DNA of 64,000 bases, from positions 2,108,001 to 2,172,000 of the forward strand of contig CM126215.1 in NCBI GenBank assembly GCA_052327205.1. The letters run 5' to 3'. The DNA comes from Somniosus microcephalus (Eukaryota). The notes under the pieces were generated by a model. The model was given only the letters and a program-made list of their open reading frames with translations, was not told the origin of the DNA and ran no database searches. Within the stretch, counting starts at the first letter, position 1, and each line of letters begins with the position of its first letter. A program made the translations under genes and the position numbers. This document shows, one piece after another, positions 1 to 12,494 of the stretch.

Positions 1-173
1 CCTTCTGAATTCTATGTATTTATATATAGTTGAAAATAAATTAATGAATTAAAAAATGGAGTGGAAAAGGGATAATTATATCACCAATGCACAGTGCTAT
101 GAAACTTTACAGCACAGAGGAAGACCATTCAGCCCATCGTGCCTGCACCAGCTCTTTATTAGAGCAATCAAAA

Positions 174-1266
174 ACTAATCCCACAGCCCCGCTCTCTCCC
201 CATCGCCCTGTATCAATCTAACACTAATCCCACTGCCCCACTCTCTCCCCATCACCCTGTATCAATCTAACACTAATCCCACTGCCCCGCTCACACTAAT
301 CCCACTGCCCCGCTCTCTCCCCATCGCCCTGTATCAATCTAACACTAATCCCACTGCCCCGCTCTCTCCCCATCGCCCTGTATCAATCTAACACTAATCC
401 CACTGCCCCGCTCTCTCCCCATCGCCCTGTATCAATCTAACACTAATCCCACTGCCCCGCTCTCTCCCCATCGCCCTGTATCAATCTAACACTAATTCCA
501 CTGCCCCACTCTCTCCCCATCGCCCTGTAGCAATCTAACACTAATCCCACTGCCCCGCTCTCTCCCCATCGCCCTGTATCAATCTAACACTAATCCCACT
601 GCCCCGCTCTCTCCCCATCGCCCTGTATCAATCTAACACTAATCCCACTGCCCCGCTCTCTCCCCATCGCCCTGTATCAATCTAACACTAATCCCACTGC
701 CCCGCTCTCTCCCCATCGCCCTGTATCAATCTAACACTAATCCCACTGCCCCACTCTCTCCCCATCGCCCTGTATCAATCTAACACTAATCCCACTGCCC
801 CGCTCTCTCCCCATCACCCTGTATCAATCTAACACTAATCCCACTGCCCCACTCTCTCCCCATCGCCCTGTATCAATCTAACACTAATCCCACTGCCCCA
901 CTCTCTCCCCATCGCCCTGTATCAATCTAACACTAATCCCACTGCCCCGCTCTCTCCCCATCGTCCTGTATCAATCTAACACTAATCCCACTGCCCCGCT
1001 CTCTCCCCATCACCCTGTATCAATCCCAAACTAATCCCACTGCCCCGCTCTCTCCCCATCGCCCTGTATCAATCTAACACTAATCCCACTGCCCCACTCT
1101 CTCCCCATCGCCCTGTATCAATCTAACACTAATCCCACTGTCCCGCTCTCTCCCCATCGCCCTGTATCAATCTAACACTAATCCCACTGCCCCGCTCTCT
1201 CCCCATCGCCCTGTATCAATCTAACACTAATCCCACTGCCCCGCTCTCTCCCCATCGCCCTGTATC
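174..1266. repeat. 49-bp minisatellite, ~22 copies
   Basis: Unit actaatcccactgccccgctctctccccatcgccctgtatcaatctaac; the 49-bp period is read directly (cccactg at 301 and 350). Confidence 0.97.
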
Positions 1267-1461
1267 TTCCTTTGCTTCAAATCTTTATCCAGTTTTCCCT
1301 CAAAAGATGCAATGGTCTCTGCCTCAACCACTCCCTGTGGTAAAGCATTCCATGCTCCAACAACCCACTGTGTAAAGACATTTCACCTAACCTCTCTCCT
1401 CACTCTCTGTGACAATTTTAAATTGGTGGCCCCTCTCCACTGACTCCAACTTGTAGAAATA

Positions 1462-2060
1462 GGGGGAGAAATTCAGTATCGCCTCGTTTGGGGCGCCAAT
1501 ATCGGCCGTGCGCAAAGTTTAGCACCTGGCGCTAATTATCACCTCCGACGGCAAACTTTACTTTTATCGCCCCTGGAGGTGATTGGAGCGCTAAATCAGG
1601 CCCTTCACACCTGTCTTAAGGCAGAAAGGCCGAGGAGCGAGGCGCTACCTCAGAGCGCTGGCGAAGCTCATGTGATGTCAGTCAGCAATGGAACAGACAC
1701 ACTGGTGCCGGCCAGTTCTTAAAGGGGAGTTCTGACGAATGGTCAGCGACCTGAAACGTTAACTCTCTTTCTCTCTTCACAGATGCTGCTTGGCCTGCTG
1801 AGTTTCTCCAGCATTTTCTGTTTTTATCTTAAAGGGGAGGGTCGATCTTGCTCTCCATCCACACCCTGCTCATTGCAGCCTTGAATCTGGGCCTGGAGAG
1901 ACCTGTACATCAAATCTGCTGGAAAGAACAATGGAGAGACCCAGGGAAAGAGCTCAGAGTGCAGCCCCCACAGTCTCTTCTAAATAGATACACGAAAGGG
2001 CAAATCAAAATGAACCTGCAAAGTGCTGCTCAGTACCCAAAACTCCTTCACACAGCGTTG

Positions 2061-2098
<38 letters not shown>

Positions 2099-2465
2099 AA
2101 GGCGTGGTGCAAAAATGTCACCGACAAAAAAAGGCAGGAAGCGGTCGCCTTTAAATAGCGCTCCCCCAGTCCCTTCCCGACTGCAAAACGCTCCCCTCAA
2201 CATGTCATTGCTAGCGGCAGGCGGTAAGGCAGGGGGCACCACTCAATATCCAGTCCGGGCGCTACCGGGGCGTTGCGCACTCGACTGACGTCACAATCTG
2301 CCGGCGCAGGAGATCGTGGCGGTAGTGTTTAGCGCCGCCGCAAAATGTCTGGTTAATTTCGTGAGCGGTGCAAACATCAGCACGCACGGGCGCTAGTTGC
2401 TTTGCGCCCCATTAGCGCCCTCTTAAGGTGCTAACGGGAGGTGCAGACAGCTGAATTTTTCCCCC
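1462..2465. mobile_element. GC-rich non-autonomous DNA transposon (PIF/Harbinger-like MITE)
   Basis: TIRs GGGGGAGAAATTCAG / CTGAATTTTTCCCCC, 3-bp TSD ATA (1459-1461, 2466-2468), no transposase ORF. Confidence 0.8.
1730..1826 (+). mobile_element. Short retroposed repeat (Penelope-pLTR-like) with a hammerhead-like core, inserted in the MITE
   Basis: 13-bp TSD tcttaaaggggag (1717-1729, 1827-1839). Same family at ~3085-3160, 9333-10319, 33175-33420, 45470-45530 and 49297-49441. Confidence 0.75.
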
Positions 2466-3236
2466 ATAGTCTTTCCCTATTCACTATCAAAACCCTTCAT
2501 CATTTTGAAAACCTCTATTAAATCTCCTTACCCATCTCTGCTCCAGTGGAAATAGTCCCAGTACCTCGCGTCTCTCCTCATAACTATAATTTTCCATCCC
2601 TGGCATCATCCTGTCCATTTGGTCACGTCTTCAAAAACCTGTGTTAAACCTGACAACCCTACTTGCTTTTAACTATACTGGCGTCCCTGATTACCTCATA
2701 CATTACTACATGTTCACTCATTTTATCTCAGATTATGAATTCTAAGAGCTTGCCCATAACCAGACTAACTGGTTTATCCTTCCCTCTCCTTGAACAAAGG
2801 TGTCCAATCAGTTACTCTGCAGTCCCACAGCACAGTTTCCATATTCAAGGAGGATTGAAAGTTGTGCCAGAGCCTCTATCTCCTTTCTGCCTCCCATCAC
2901 CAGCCTGGGTTACAGCGTCAGGGCCCAGTGACTGATCCACCCTGAATTCTGCTAATCTTTCAGAATCAATTCCTTTTCTAGTTATCTTTTAAGTTTCAGT
3001 TTAGCTTTAATCTCTCTCTTTATCCCCTGAATTCCGTATATGAATGCATCCCCTTTTCACCTTTTATAGGAGTATATTTATTTTGTAACAAACAGAAAAT
3101 ACTGGCAACACTCAGCAGGTCAGGCAACATCTGTGGCGAGAACAAACAATTTATCGTTTGGAATGTGCCAGCTCTTTCTCAAAACTGGAAGCTATTACCA
3201 AGGAGCAGCGTTTAATAAGGAACAGAACAAAGGAAG

Positions 3237-3508
3237 NNNNNNNNNNNNNNNNNNNNNNNNNNNNNNNNNNNNNNNNNNNNNNNNNNNNNNNNNNNNNNNN
3301 NNNNNNNNNNNNNNNNNNNNNNNNNNNNNNNNNNNNNNNNNNNNNNNNNNNNNNNNNNNNNNNNNNNNNNNNNNNNNNNNNNNNNNNNNNNNNNNNNNNN
3401 NNNNNNNNNNNNNNNNNNNNNNNNNNNNNNNNNNNNNNNNNNNNNNNNNNNNNNNNNNNNNNNNNNNNNNNNNNNNNNNNNNNNNNNNNNNNNNNNNNNN
3501 NNNNNNNN
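3237..3508. other. Assembly gap (272 N) followed by a CA-rich microsatellite
   Basis: N run seen directly; degenerate (CA)n at 3509-3590. Confidence 0.99.
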
Positions 3509-4038
3509 ACGCACACGCGCACACACACACAGACGCACACACACGCGCACACACACACACAGACGCACATGCACACAGACGCGCACACAAATGTACACAG
3601 GAAAAGAAATAGAATGACCTGTAAAATGCTAAAGTGGAAAACGAGTTGGTGAAATGACAGAAGTGATATCAGAGTGAGATATTAGGAGGCTTAATGAGAG
3701 GAATCTACGATGCGAGACACAGAGCGTGTGTGAGCAGGTGAAGGGTTCAGGGATAGGCAGGTGAAAGGGAAGCGGGGAAAACTGGGAAAGCGGAGCAAGC
3801 TCCAGCAGCACCGAGGTCTGGTAGAAGAATAAAGCAGGTCGACTCTGAGGGTCCAGACAACCCGGTCAACACGGTGCTGCACCCCAAGCCTACACTACAG
3901 CGGTGACTACACTTCAAAATATACCAGCTGCAAAGCGCTTTGGGAAGTCCGGTGGTCATGAAAGGTGCTATATAAATGCAAGTCTGTCTGTCTTTCTTTC
4001 AAGCACCAACCTGCTCCCCCACCCAGAAACACTGGCAC

Positions 4039-4200
4039 CAATGTTCCCTTTAAGTTGCGTGGCCGCACAGCAGTCTGGAAGTCCCGCGCAGCCGGCTCAC
4101 TGGTTTTTGAATGGAAAAACCGCACATGCGCGGAAATTTGAATGGGCCGCTCAACCTGTTAAAGGGGCTGTGCACCGAAAAAAAATTAAAGGGAACATTG
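4039..4200. mobile_element. Short hAT-like MITE
   Basis: TIRs CAATGTTCCCTTTAA / TTAAAGGGAACATTG; degenerate 8-bp TSD (actggcac / gcaggcac); second copy at 38030-38174. Confidence 0.7.
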
Positions 4201-4899
4201 GCAGGCACACCTATCGCACAGGGCCAGCGCTTCCTGCAGAGAAATGGGAGCTGTAGTTAAGGCCAAAAGTTGTTTTAAGTCAATATCCATCTATCTCGTG
4301 TTTGAAGATTCCCCATTGTTGATCTGTCAATCTGTTTGCTAACTTTTCTGCTCATTTCAATTGGGCAAGACGCCTCCTTGCGTCTCTGAACTTTGACCTT
4401 TTCTGGTCCAGCACCTTGAAGTATTGAATTCAATGGTATGTTCTGGTTGGCCTGTGCTAAATTGATGTGGGGCCAGGAATGGTGTTGAAACCAGAGCATC
4501 TGCCTGGGGATGGGCGAGGAAAATCAGCTGGGTGTTTCCTTGCTGGGCCACTCTTTGCACCGGCTAGTGTCCTGTCGCACAGCAGAGGTCCGTAAACTGA
4601 CTATACGATCCCACGAACAACGACACAGGAGGGGAGGAGAAATTCAACCTTGATTCGTCTGTTTTTCAGGTTTTAAATGAGAGAAAGTTTACTTAAATGG
4701 GGCTGAGATCGCCGGTGCCCAATCTGCACCCGACCGCATTATTAGATCAGGCGACTGAAACAGGCGCAGGGCTGTTTGTTTATACAAAACCGTGTCCTGC
4801 GCTGCTTCGAGAACCCTGATAGCAAAATTGAAGTAGAGATGGCCGGGACACGTGCCACACAAGCTCTGCCCATTTGTCCTCAAAGGTACCTCCGGAGAC

Positions 4900-7800
4900 C
4901 TTTTTTAAAATTATTCGTTCCTGGGATGTGGGCGTCGCTGGCAAGGCCAGCATTTATTGCCCATCCATAATCGCCCTTGAGAAGGTGGTGGTGAGCTGCC
5001 TTCTTGAACCGCTGCAGTCCGTGTGGTGAAGGTACTCCCACAGTGCTGTTAGGGAGGGAGTTCCAGGATTTTGACCCAGCGACGATGAAGGAACGCCGAT
5101 ATATTTCCAAGTCAGGATGGTGCGTGACTTGGAGGGGAACTTGGAGGTGGTGGTGTTCCCATGCGCCTGCTGCCCTTGTCCTTCTAGGTGGAAGAGGTCG
5201 CGGGTTTGAAAGGTGCTGTTGAAGGAGCTTTGGCGAGTTGCTGCAGTGCATCTTGTAGATGGTACACACTGTAATCACGGTACGCCGGTGGTGGAGGGAG
5301 TGAATGTTTAAGGTGGTGGATGGGGTGCCAATCAAGCGGGCTGCTTTGTCCTGGATGGTCTCGAGCTTCTTGAGTGTTGTTGGAGCTGCACTCATCCGGG
5401 CACGTGGAGAGTATTCCATCACACTCCTTACTTGTGCCTTGTAGATGGTGGGAAGGTTTTGGGGAGTCAGGAGGTGAGACACTTGCCGCAGAATACCCAG
5501 CCTCTGACCTGCTCTTGTTGCCACAGTGTTTATGTGGCTGGTCCAGTTAGGTTTCTGGTCAATGGTGACCCCCAGGATGTTGATGGTGGGGGATTCGGTG
5601 ATGGTAATGCCGTTGAATGTCAAGGACCGGTGGTTAGATGCTCTCTTGTTGGAAATAGTCATTGCCTGGCACTTGTGTGGCACGAATGTTACTTGCCACT
5701 TATCAGCCCAAGTCTGAATGTTGTCCAGATCTTGCTGCATGTGGGCATGGACTGCTTCATTATCTGAGGAGTTGCAAATGGCGCTGAACACTGTGCAGCA
5801 ATCATCAGCGAACATCCCCATTTCTGACCTTATGATGGAGGGAAGGTCATTGATGAAGCAGATGAAGATGGTTGGGCCTCGGACACTGCCCTGAGGAACT
5901 CCTGCAGCGATGTTCTGGGGCTGAGATGATTGGCCTCCAACAACCACAACCATCTTCCTTTGTGCTAGGTATGACTCCAGCCAGTGGAGAGTTTTCCCCC
6001 TGATTCCCATTGACTTCAATTTTACTAGGGTGCCTTGATTGCACACTCGGTCAAATGCTGTCAAGGGCAGTCACTCTCACTTCACCTCTGGAATTCAGCT
6101 ATTTTGTCCATGTTTGGACCAAGGCTGTAATGAGGTCGGGAGCCGAGTGGTCCTGGTGGAACCCAAACTGAGCATCAGTGAGCAGGTTATTGGTGAGTAA
6201 GTGCTGCTTGATAGCACTGTCGACGATACCTTCCATCACTTTGCTGATGATTGAGAGTAGACTGATGGGGCGGTAATTGGCCGGATTGGATTTGTCCTGC
6301 TTTTTGTGGACAGGACCTACCTGGGCAGTTTTCCACATTGTCGGATAAATGCCAGTGTTGTAGCTGTAGTGGAACAGCTTGGCTAGAGGCGCGGCTAGTT
6401 CTGGAGCACAAGTCTTCAGCACGATAGCTGGGATGTTGTCGGGGCCCATAGTCTTTGCTGTATCCAGTGCACTCAGCCGATTCTTGATATCACGTGGAGT
6501 GAATCGAATTGGCTGAAAACTGGCTTCTGTGATGATGTGGACCTCAGAAGGAGGTCGAGAAGGATCATCCACTCGGCACTTCTGGCTGAAGATGGTTGCA
6601 AATGCTTCAGCCTTGTCTTTTGCACTCACGTGCTGGGCTCCACCATCATTGAGGATGGGGATATTCATGGAGCCTCCTCCTCCCATTTGTTGTTTAATGG
6701 TCCACCACCATTCACGACTGGATGTGGCAGGACCACAGAGCTTTGATCTGATCCGTTGGTTGTGGGATCGTTTAGCTCTGTCCGTAGCATGCTGCTTCCA
6801 TTGTTTAGCATACATGTAGTCCTATGTTGCAATTTTCCCAGGTTGGCACCTCATTTTTAGGTACGCCTGGTGCTGCTCCTGGCATGCTCTTCTACACTCC
6901 TTGTTGAACCAGGGTTGGTCACCTGGCTTGATGTTAATGGTAGGGTGAGGGATATACCAGGCTGTGAGATTACAGATTGTGGTGGAATACAATTCTGCTG
7001 GTGCTGATGGCCCACAACACCTCATGGATGCCCAGTTTTGAGCTGCTAGATCTGTTCTGAATCTATCCCTTTTAGCACGGTGGTAGTGCCACACAACACG
7101 ATGGAGGGTGTCCTCAGTGTGAAGACAGGACTTTGTCTCCACAATGACTGTGCGGTGGTCACTGCTACCAATACTGTCATGGACAGATGCATCTGCGACA
7201 GGTAGATTGGTGAGGATGAGGTCAAGTAGGTTTTTCCCTCGTGTTGGTTCTCTCACCACCTGTCGCAGGCCCAGACTGGCAGTTATGTCCTTCAGGACTC
7301 GGCCAGCTCGGTCAGCAGTGGTGCTACCGAGCCACTCTTGGTGATGGACATTGAAGTCCCCCACCCAGAGTACATTCTGTGCCCTTGCTACTCTCAGTGC
7401 TTCTTCCAAGTGGTGTTCAACATGGCGGAGTACTGATTCATCAGCTGAGGGAGGGCGGTAGGTGGTAATCAGCAGGAGGTTTCCTTGCCCATGCTTGATC
7501 TGATGCCGTGAGACTTCATGGAGTCCAGAGTCAATGTTGAGGACTCCCAGGGCCACTCCTTCCCGACTGTATCCCACTGTGCCGCCACCCCTGGTGGGTC
7601 TGTCCTGCCGGTGGGACAGGACCTACCCAGGGATGGTGAGGGAGGAGTCTGGGACATTGGCTGAAAGGTATGATTCTGTGAGTATGACTATGTCAGGCTG
7701 TTGCTTGACTAGTCTGTGGGACAGCTCTCCCAATTTTATCACAAGCCAGATGTTGGTGAGGAGGACTTTGCAGGGTCGACTGGGCTGGGTGAGTCTTTGT

Positions 7801-8382
7801 CGTGTCCGAAGTCGGTGCCGAGGTCGATGCCGGGTGGTCCGTCTGGTTTTATTCTTGTTATTGTTTGTTGTAACGCTTTGTTACAACTGAGTGTCTCGCT
7901 CGGCCATTTCAGAGAGCAGTTAAGAGTCAACCACATTGCTGAGGGTCTGGAGTCACATATAATATAATAATCAACTTTATTGTCATTGTTAGTGCACAAG
8001 TGCAGTACAACGAAATGTAGGCTTGCGGCTCCCGAGAGTGTACATTTTGATTAAGACATTTAACATACATTTGGCTTGTAACATAAACATAAACATAATA
8101 AAGTGCATTGGCAGATGTGCAGGCTTTAGAGTTTATTTGCAGAGCAGGCCAGACCAGGTGAGGACGGCAGATTTCCTTCCCGAAAGGACATTAGTGAACC
8201 AGATGGGTCTTTACGACAATCTGGTAGTTTCATGGTCACCATTAGCTTTTTATTCCAGATTTATTTAATGAACTGAATTTAAATTCCACATTTGCCGTGG
8301 TGGGATATGAACTCACTCCGGATCATTAGTCCAGGCCTCTGGATGACTCGTCCAGTAACATGAGCACTGTGCTGCTGTTCCC
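4900..8382 (-). mobile_element. Near full-length CR1/L2-group LINE (disrupted EN+RT ORF2, no ORF1) with a tRNA-type 5' head
   Basis: ORFs 6822-7577 (APE endonuclease: GDFN, SDH), 6099-6815 and 4880-6064 (RT: NYRPISLL, GVPQGS, FADD). The EN N-terminus (PDIVILTES) is readable near 7680-7700. The 5' ~500 bp matches the SINE at 48905-49485. Confidence 0.85.
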
Positions 8383-9076
8383 GTAAACCTCTCTCAAAAG
8401 GCAGAACCATGCTGTAAATTTTCGGAGATAGTGGAGTCGGAGTGATCAGAAGTGCTGCATCCTGGCTCCGCAAAACCACAACACAGGTGTAGCCCGGTCC
8501 CCGATTTGTCACGGACCAGCGTGCGGAGCGACTGCTCCACTGACTTGCTGCCTGTTTCAAGCCCAAGTCCAACTTCCAGCCCAGGATGCTGTTAGAAAGC
8601 GAGAGAAAACCAAGGGTACGTGCCCTTCACAAGAGAGTAAATCCACAAAAACTATCTGCAACTGGTGTGGTGGCTCCCAATAATCAAACGTTTGTGTTCA
8701 CAGTAATGCCCCTGATGCTGAGAGAAGGTAATGTTGAATTTAAATAGGTCAGTAAATGGTGAAGATTTAGTTCTGACACTTGAGTTTGTAATACTGAGTT
8801 GCGTTCTCCTTTTCCAGAAGGTGAAATTCTGGAACAATGCAGTGTGCAAATGCTTAATAGTTAAAGTACTGTAAAACGGAAGGTAAATTCACCGATCCAG
8901 GGCCCCCGGTGAGGAGCCTGGCTTGACTGGAGCATGTGATGCCGATTCTCGAACCCTCGCTCCTGTGGTGAGGTTCCCCTCCCGGGAGCAATGCATCACT
9001 GACTTACCTGTTGTATATATTGTAGTATTTACACCTACTGAAACATGTCATCATAACAAATGCTTTTTGTTGACAG

Positions 9077-9175
9077 GAAAATTTCTTCTGTTGCTACAGT
9101 CCATTAAAACAGCGTTCCCATTAGATTCCAACAATCCGTGGCTTCATGAATGTATGATTAGATTTGCAAAGTGTG
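9077..9175 (+). CDS. NAA16: NatA auxiliary subunit NAA16-type, internal exon
   Basis: ttgacag|GA AAA TTT...TGT G|gtaag, 99 bp, phase 1/1. Encodes [33 protein letters not shown], matching the recalled NAA15/16 C-terminal region. Confidence 0.92.
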
Positions 9176-9332
9176 GTAAGTACTTAAAAAAAACCTTTTT
9201 ATAAAACTCCAACATTTCTGCCAACTTGTATCCTGCTTAAACCATACTCTGAAATAAATGCACTTGATTTTCTTTTGCACTAATGTTTTATTTGTACATT
9301 TATGTTCATAATAATTCATAACGGCTTTTATA

Positions 9333-10319
9333 TAAGAGCAAAATATTGCAGATGATGGAAATCTGAAATAAAAACAGAAAATGCTGGAAATCCTCAGCAG
9401 GTCAGGCAGCATCTGTGGAGAGAGAAACAGAGTTAATGGCCCTGAAATTAGGATCGGGGGCTTGCCGCGCGTGCAAGCCCCCGATGTGCACTCACCCGGC
9501 GCGCCGACATCTGAAGCCTGGGCCTGCTTGGAATTCCTGTCACTGGCCCGGTTCAGCTGTCGGCGCGCTGTGCTTACCTGATCCAGCGGCGTAGTTAGTG
9601 CGATGTGCCGGCTGGGATCAGGTGAGCACTGTGCAGCCAATCAGGGGAGGGGAAACTTCATTCATGAGTTTGATAGTAAGAACTGTCAAACTCATGAAAA
9701 GTACGGGCGCCCAAAACACTAGTTTAACTTTAAATAAAATTTTAAAAAACATCCCAATAATTAAATAAACTATAAATAACTTTAAAAAACTATTTTAAAC
9801 AATTAATCAAATTTTTGAAAAAAATAATTTTTTTAAAAATCGGGTCTAAAACTACACTTGCCTCACAGTAAAGTCCTTAAAAACAACAAAGCTGTGGAAA
9901 AAATGTTATAATTTTAAGTAATAGACCACTTACCTTAAAGAATGAAGTCCTTACGTCTCCTTTTTACATTCGTAAAAAGGAGAGGCCCTTACACACGCGC
10001 AAACCTGTGGAAAAAAAGGAATTTCAGCGCGCACGCGCAGACTCCTGCGCGCACGCGTTCATCCCCTGAACCCCTTGGTTCAGAGGACAGAAAATGCCGG
10101 TTTTCCGCGCATGCGCTGTGCATGCTGAAATCCGGCACTTCCAACGGGCCCACGCGTGAGTGCCCCGTCTGTACTCATGCGTTGGGACCGGAATTACTGG
10201 CCCAATGTTTCAGATCAATGACCTTTCGAAAGGTCATCGACCTGAAACGTTAACTCTGTTTCTCTCTCCACAGATGCTGCCTGACCTGCTGAGTATTTCC
10301 AGCATTTTCGGCTTTTATA
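9333..10319. mobile_element. Inverted dimer of the Penelope-pLTR-like short repeat, interrupted by a MITE
   Basis: Left arm 9333-9437 plus 10204-10226 (minus) and right arm 10227-10319 (plus) meet at the palindrome gacctttcgaaaggtc. Confidence 0.75.
9438..10203. mobile_element. Harbinger-like MITE
   Basis: Imperfect TIRs GGCCCTGAAATT / AATTACTGGCCC, 3-bp TSD AAT; the host repeat is restored when it is removed. Confidence 0.7.
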
Positions 10320-11774
10320 TAAAACTGTGTCTGTTTTCATCTGTAACTGAAGTTTGTACCAAGAGCGTTTTGAATCACTTGATTGCAAGCAGAGTTTTAC
10401 AACATCAAACTGGTTACAACTTCCATCACAAGGGGCTAAATAAGAAGATAAATGTATTGTCAAATTCGCTCAAAGGAGCTGCTATTCACAGGCAGTGCCT
10501 TAGTGTAAGGGACGTACAATTATCCGCCTGGGTAAGACTGTAGTCAGCAAGTAGGCATCTATCTCCCATCACTCGCTGCCTATCCTCAGTCTGGTTTCCA
10601 GTCTTCCTCCAGCAATAAGACTACCCTTGACCAAAGGCGCTAGTGGTGCATTTTGTGACTGTGACAGAAGCATGTTACCTCTACTTGTCCTCCTCGCCCT
10701 CTCCATGGCCTTCAACACAGTGACCACTCCATTCTCCGCCATCCCATCCCCATTGCTCTATGGTCTATCTCCCTGTAACCACCCACTCATGGTTCCACTG
10801 ATTCTTGTTCCAACTCTCTTGTAGTGGCTTCTCCTCGTGCACCGGTACTTGCACCTCTGGCATGCCCCAAATTCCATTCTTGGCCCCTCTTATTGGTCAT
10901 CCGCATGCATCTCAGTGACTTTATCAGTAAACGTGGCCTCAGCCTATAACACCCAACATGCGGCCCAACCAGTCCTCGCCGGCATTTACCCTCCACACGA
11001 GCAAATAGTCTTGATCACATTGATGCACCCTGTATCCATATCGCTTCATCCCCTTGTCCTTCTTTCACCTATCCAATCTCCCCTTAAATGTTGACATAGT
11101 TTCTGTCTCAACCACTAACCCTGGAAGTGAATTCCACAGCCTCTCAAATCTCTGAAGAAATTGCTCCTGCCCTCTGTTCTAAATCTTTTACATTTACTCT
11201 TGTATCTATGGCCCCTCATTCTAGACCCTTCAACTACGAAAAACAGTCTGCTTCTTCTACCCTCTCCCATCCTTTCATAATTTTCAACACTTCTATAATA
11301 TCACTCCATAATCTGTGTTCTAATGAAAATAGACTCAATTTTCAAATCTTTCATATTTGTATTTCCTCATACAGGTCAGCATCCCAGTGAATCTGTGCTG
11401 TACCCTCCCTGAAGCCTCAATATCCTTCCTATAGTGTGGAGCCCAATACTGCACGATGCAGGCAGGCCGACAATCTCTACAAAGGTTTAGCCAGCTCAGG
11501 GCACTAAAATGGAGCCCTTGCCAGGAATCTTTCTTCTGTTAACTACCTGTTTATGGAGAAGATTTCCTACCCTCCAAGATAACTGCGCTCCTCCAATCCT
11601 GGCCTCTTGCGCATCCACGATTTCCATCGCTCCACCGTTGGCGGCTGTGTCTTCAGCTGCCTAGGCCCTAAGTTCTGGAATTCCCTCCCTAAACTCCTCC
11701 GCCGCGCTACCTCTCTCATTTCCTAGGAGCATTTCTGTAGACTGATTTCCTGAATAAAGTTTTTTTTCTTGCAG

Positions 11775-11918
11775 TATCTGATCATAGTAATCTCCCTGAA
11801 ATAGTTAACAAAGTACTAAAACAGGAGATGCATAAGCTTTTCGCTAAAAAGGACATGAAAACCTTCAATGAAGAGTTCCTCAACAGAAATGCTACCTCCA
11901 TCCGGCATCTCCTTTCAG
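11775..11918 (+). CDS. NAA16: NAA16-type internal exon
   Basis: ttcttgcag|TA TCT GAT...TCA G|gt, 144 bp, phase 1/1. Encodes VSDHSNLPEIVNKVLKQEMHKLFAKKDMKTFNEEFLNRNATSIRHLLS, closer to recalled NAA16 (RNATSLQHLLSG) than NAA15. Confidence 0.92.
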
Positions 11919-12494
11919 GTTGGTTCCTATTTGATGTTTTTCATCTCTCTGCGCTACTGAAAGTGGGAGGGGTAAGAATATATGTCATGGTGCTGTCTGT
12001 CTGCCCATGAGTGCCTAGCGTACTCCTCAGAAATGCTGCAGAAATTTCCCCTCATCTAGCAGTGAATGGCAATTGAGGCTGGTACAGTCAGTCTGGCTTA
12101 GAATCAGACCAGTGCTGGTGGTCACCTATATCATCACCTCCTCTGCCAGTATTTGTAAGAGATTTTGGGCACGCAAACATCGCTGACCAACCTCGTGGTG
12201 AGTGCTTAACGGAGGTGATTCGACAATTGATAGCCACTTGCTTCACCAAAAAAGCCAAGCAGTCAAGGTCAACAACGAGCTAAAAGGCCAAGGAAGAGGA
12301 GCTAGGCACTCCCAGCTTCAGCATTAGATTCATATGTTGAACAGAGAAAATTGGAACTGTCAAAATACGCTGCGACCAATCCTTGCGGTTGTTTGGGGTG
12401 ATGCAATACAAGAAACTTTCTGCATTACTATGGATCCATGGCTCAGTGTTGCAGGCGATGCTACAGTCAAATGTGCTACAGCTTGGAGAAGGAG

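Larger units (their letters stand above)
105..2620 (-). mobile_element. Degraded CR1-type LINE 3' fragment, interrupted by a minisatellite expansion and a MITE
   Basis: Resembles the CR1 3' fragments at 12495-13130 and 53470-54050. The sequence rejoins across the MITE (gaaata|gtcttt). Ends approximate. Confidence 0.6.

Noticed and set aside
174-1266. CRISPR-like appearance of the regular repeats
   Set aside because: Head-to-tail units with no unique spacers, no cas genes, and a vertebrate context.
3133-3652. ORFs spanning X runs
   Set aside because: They cross the N gap and a CA microsatellite.
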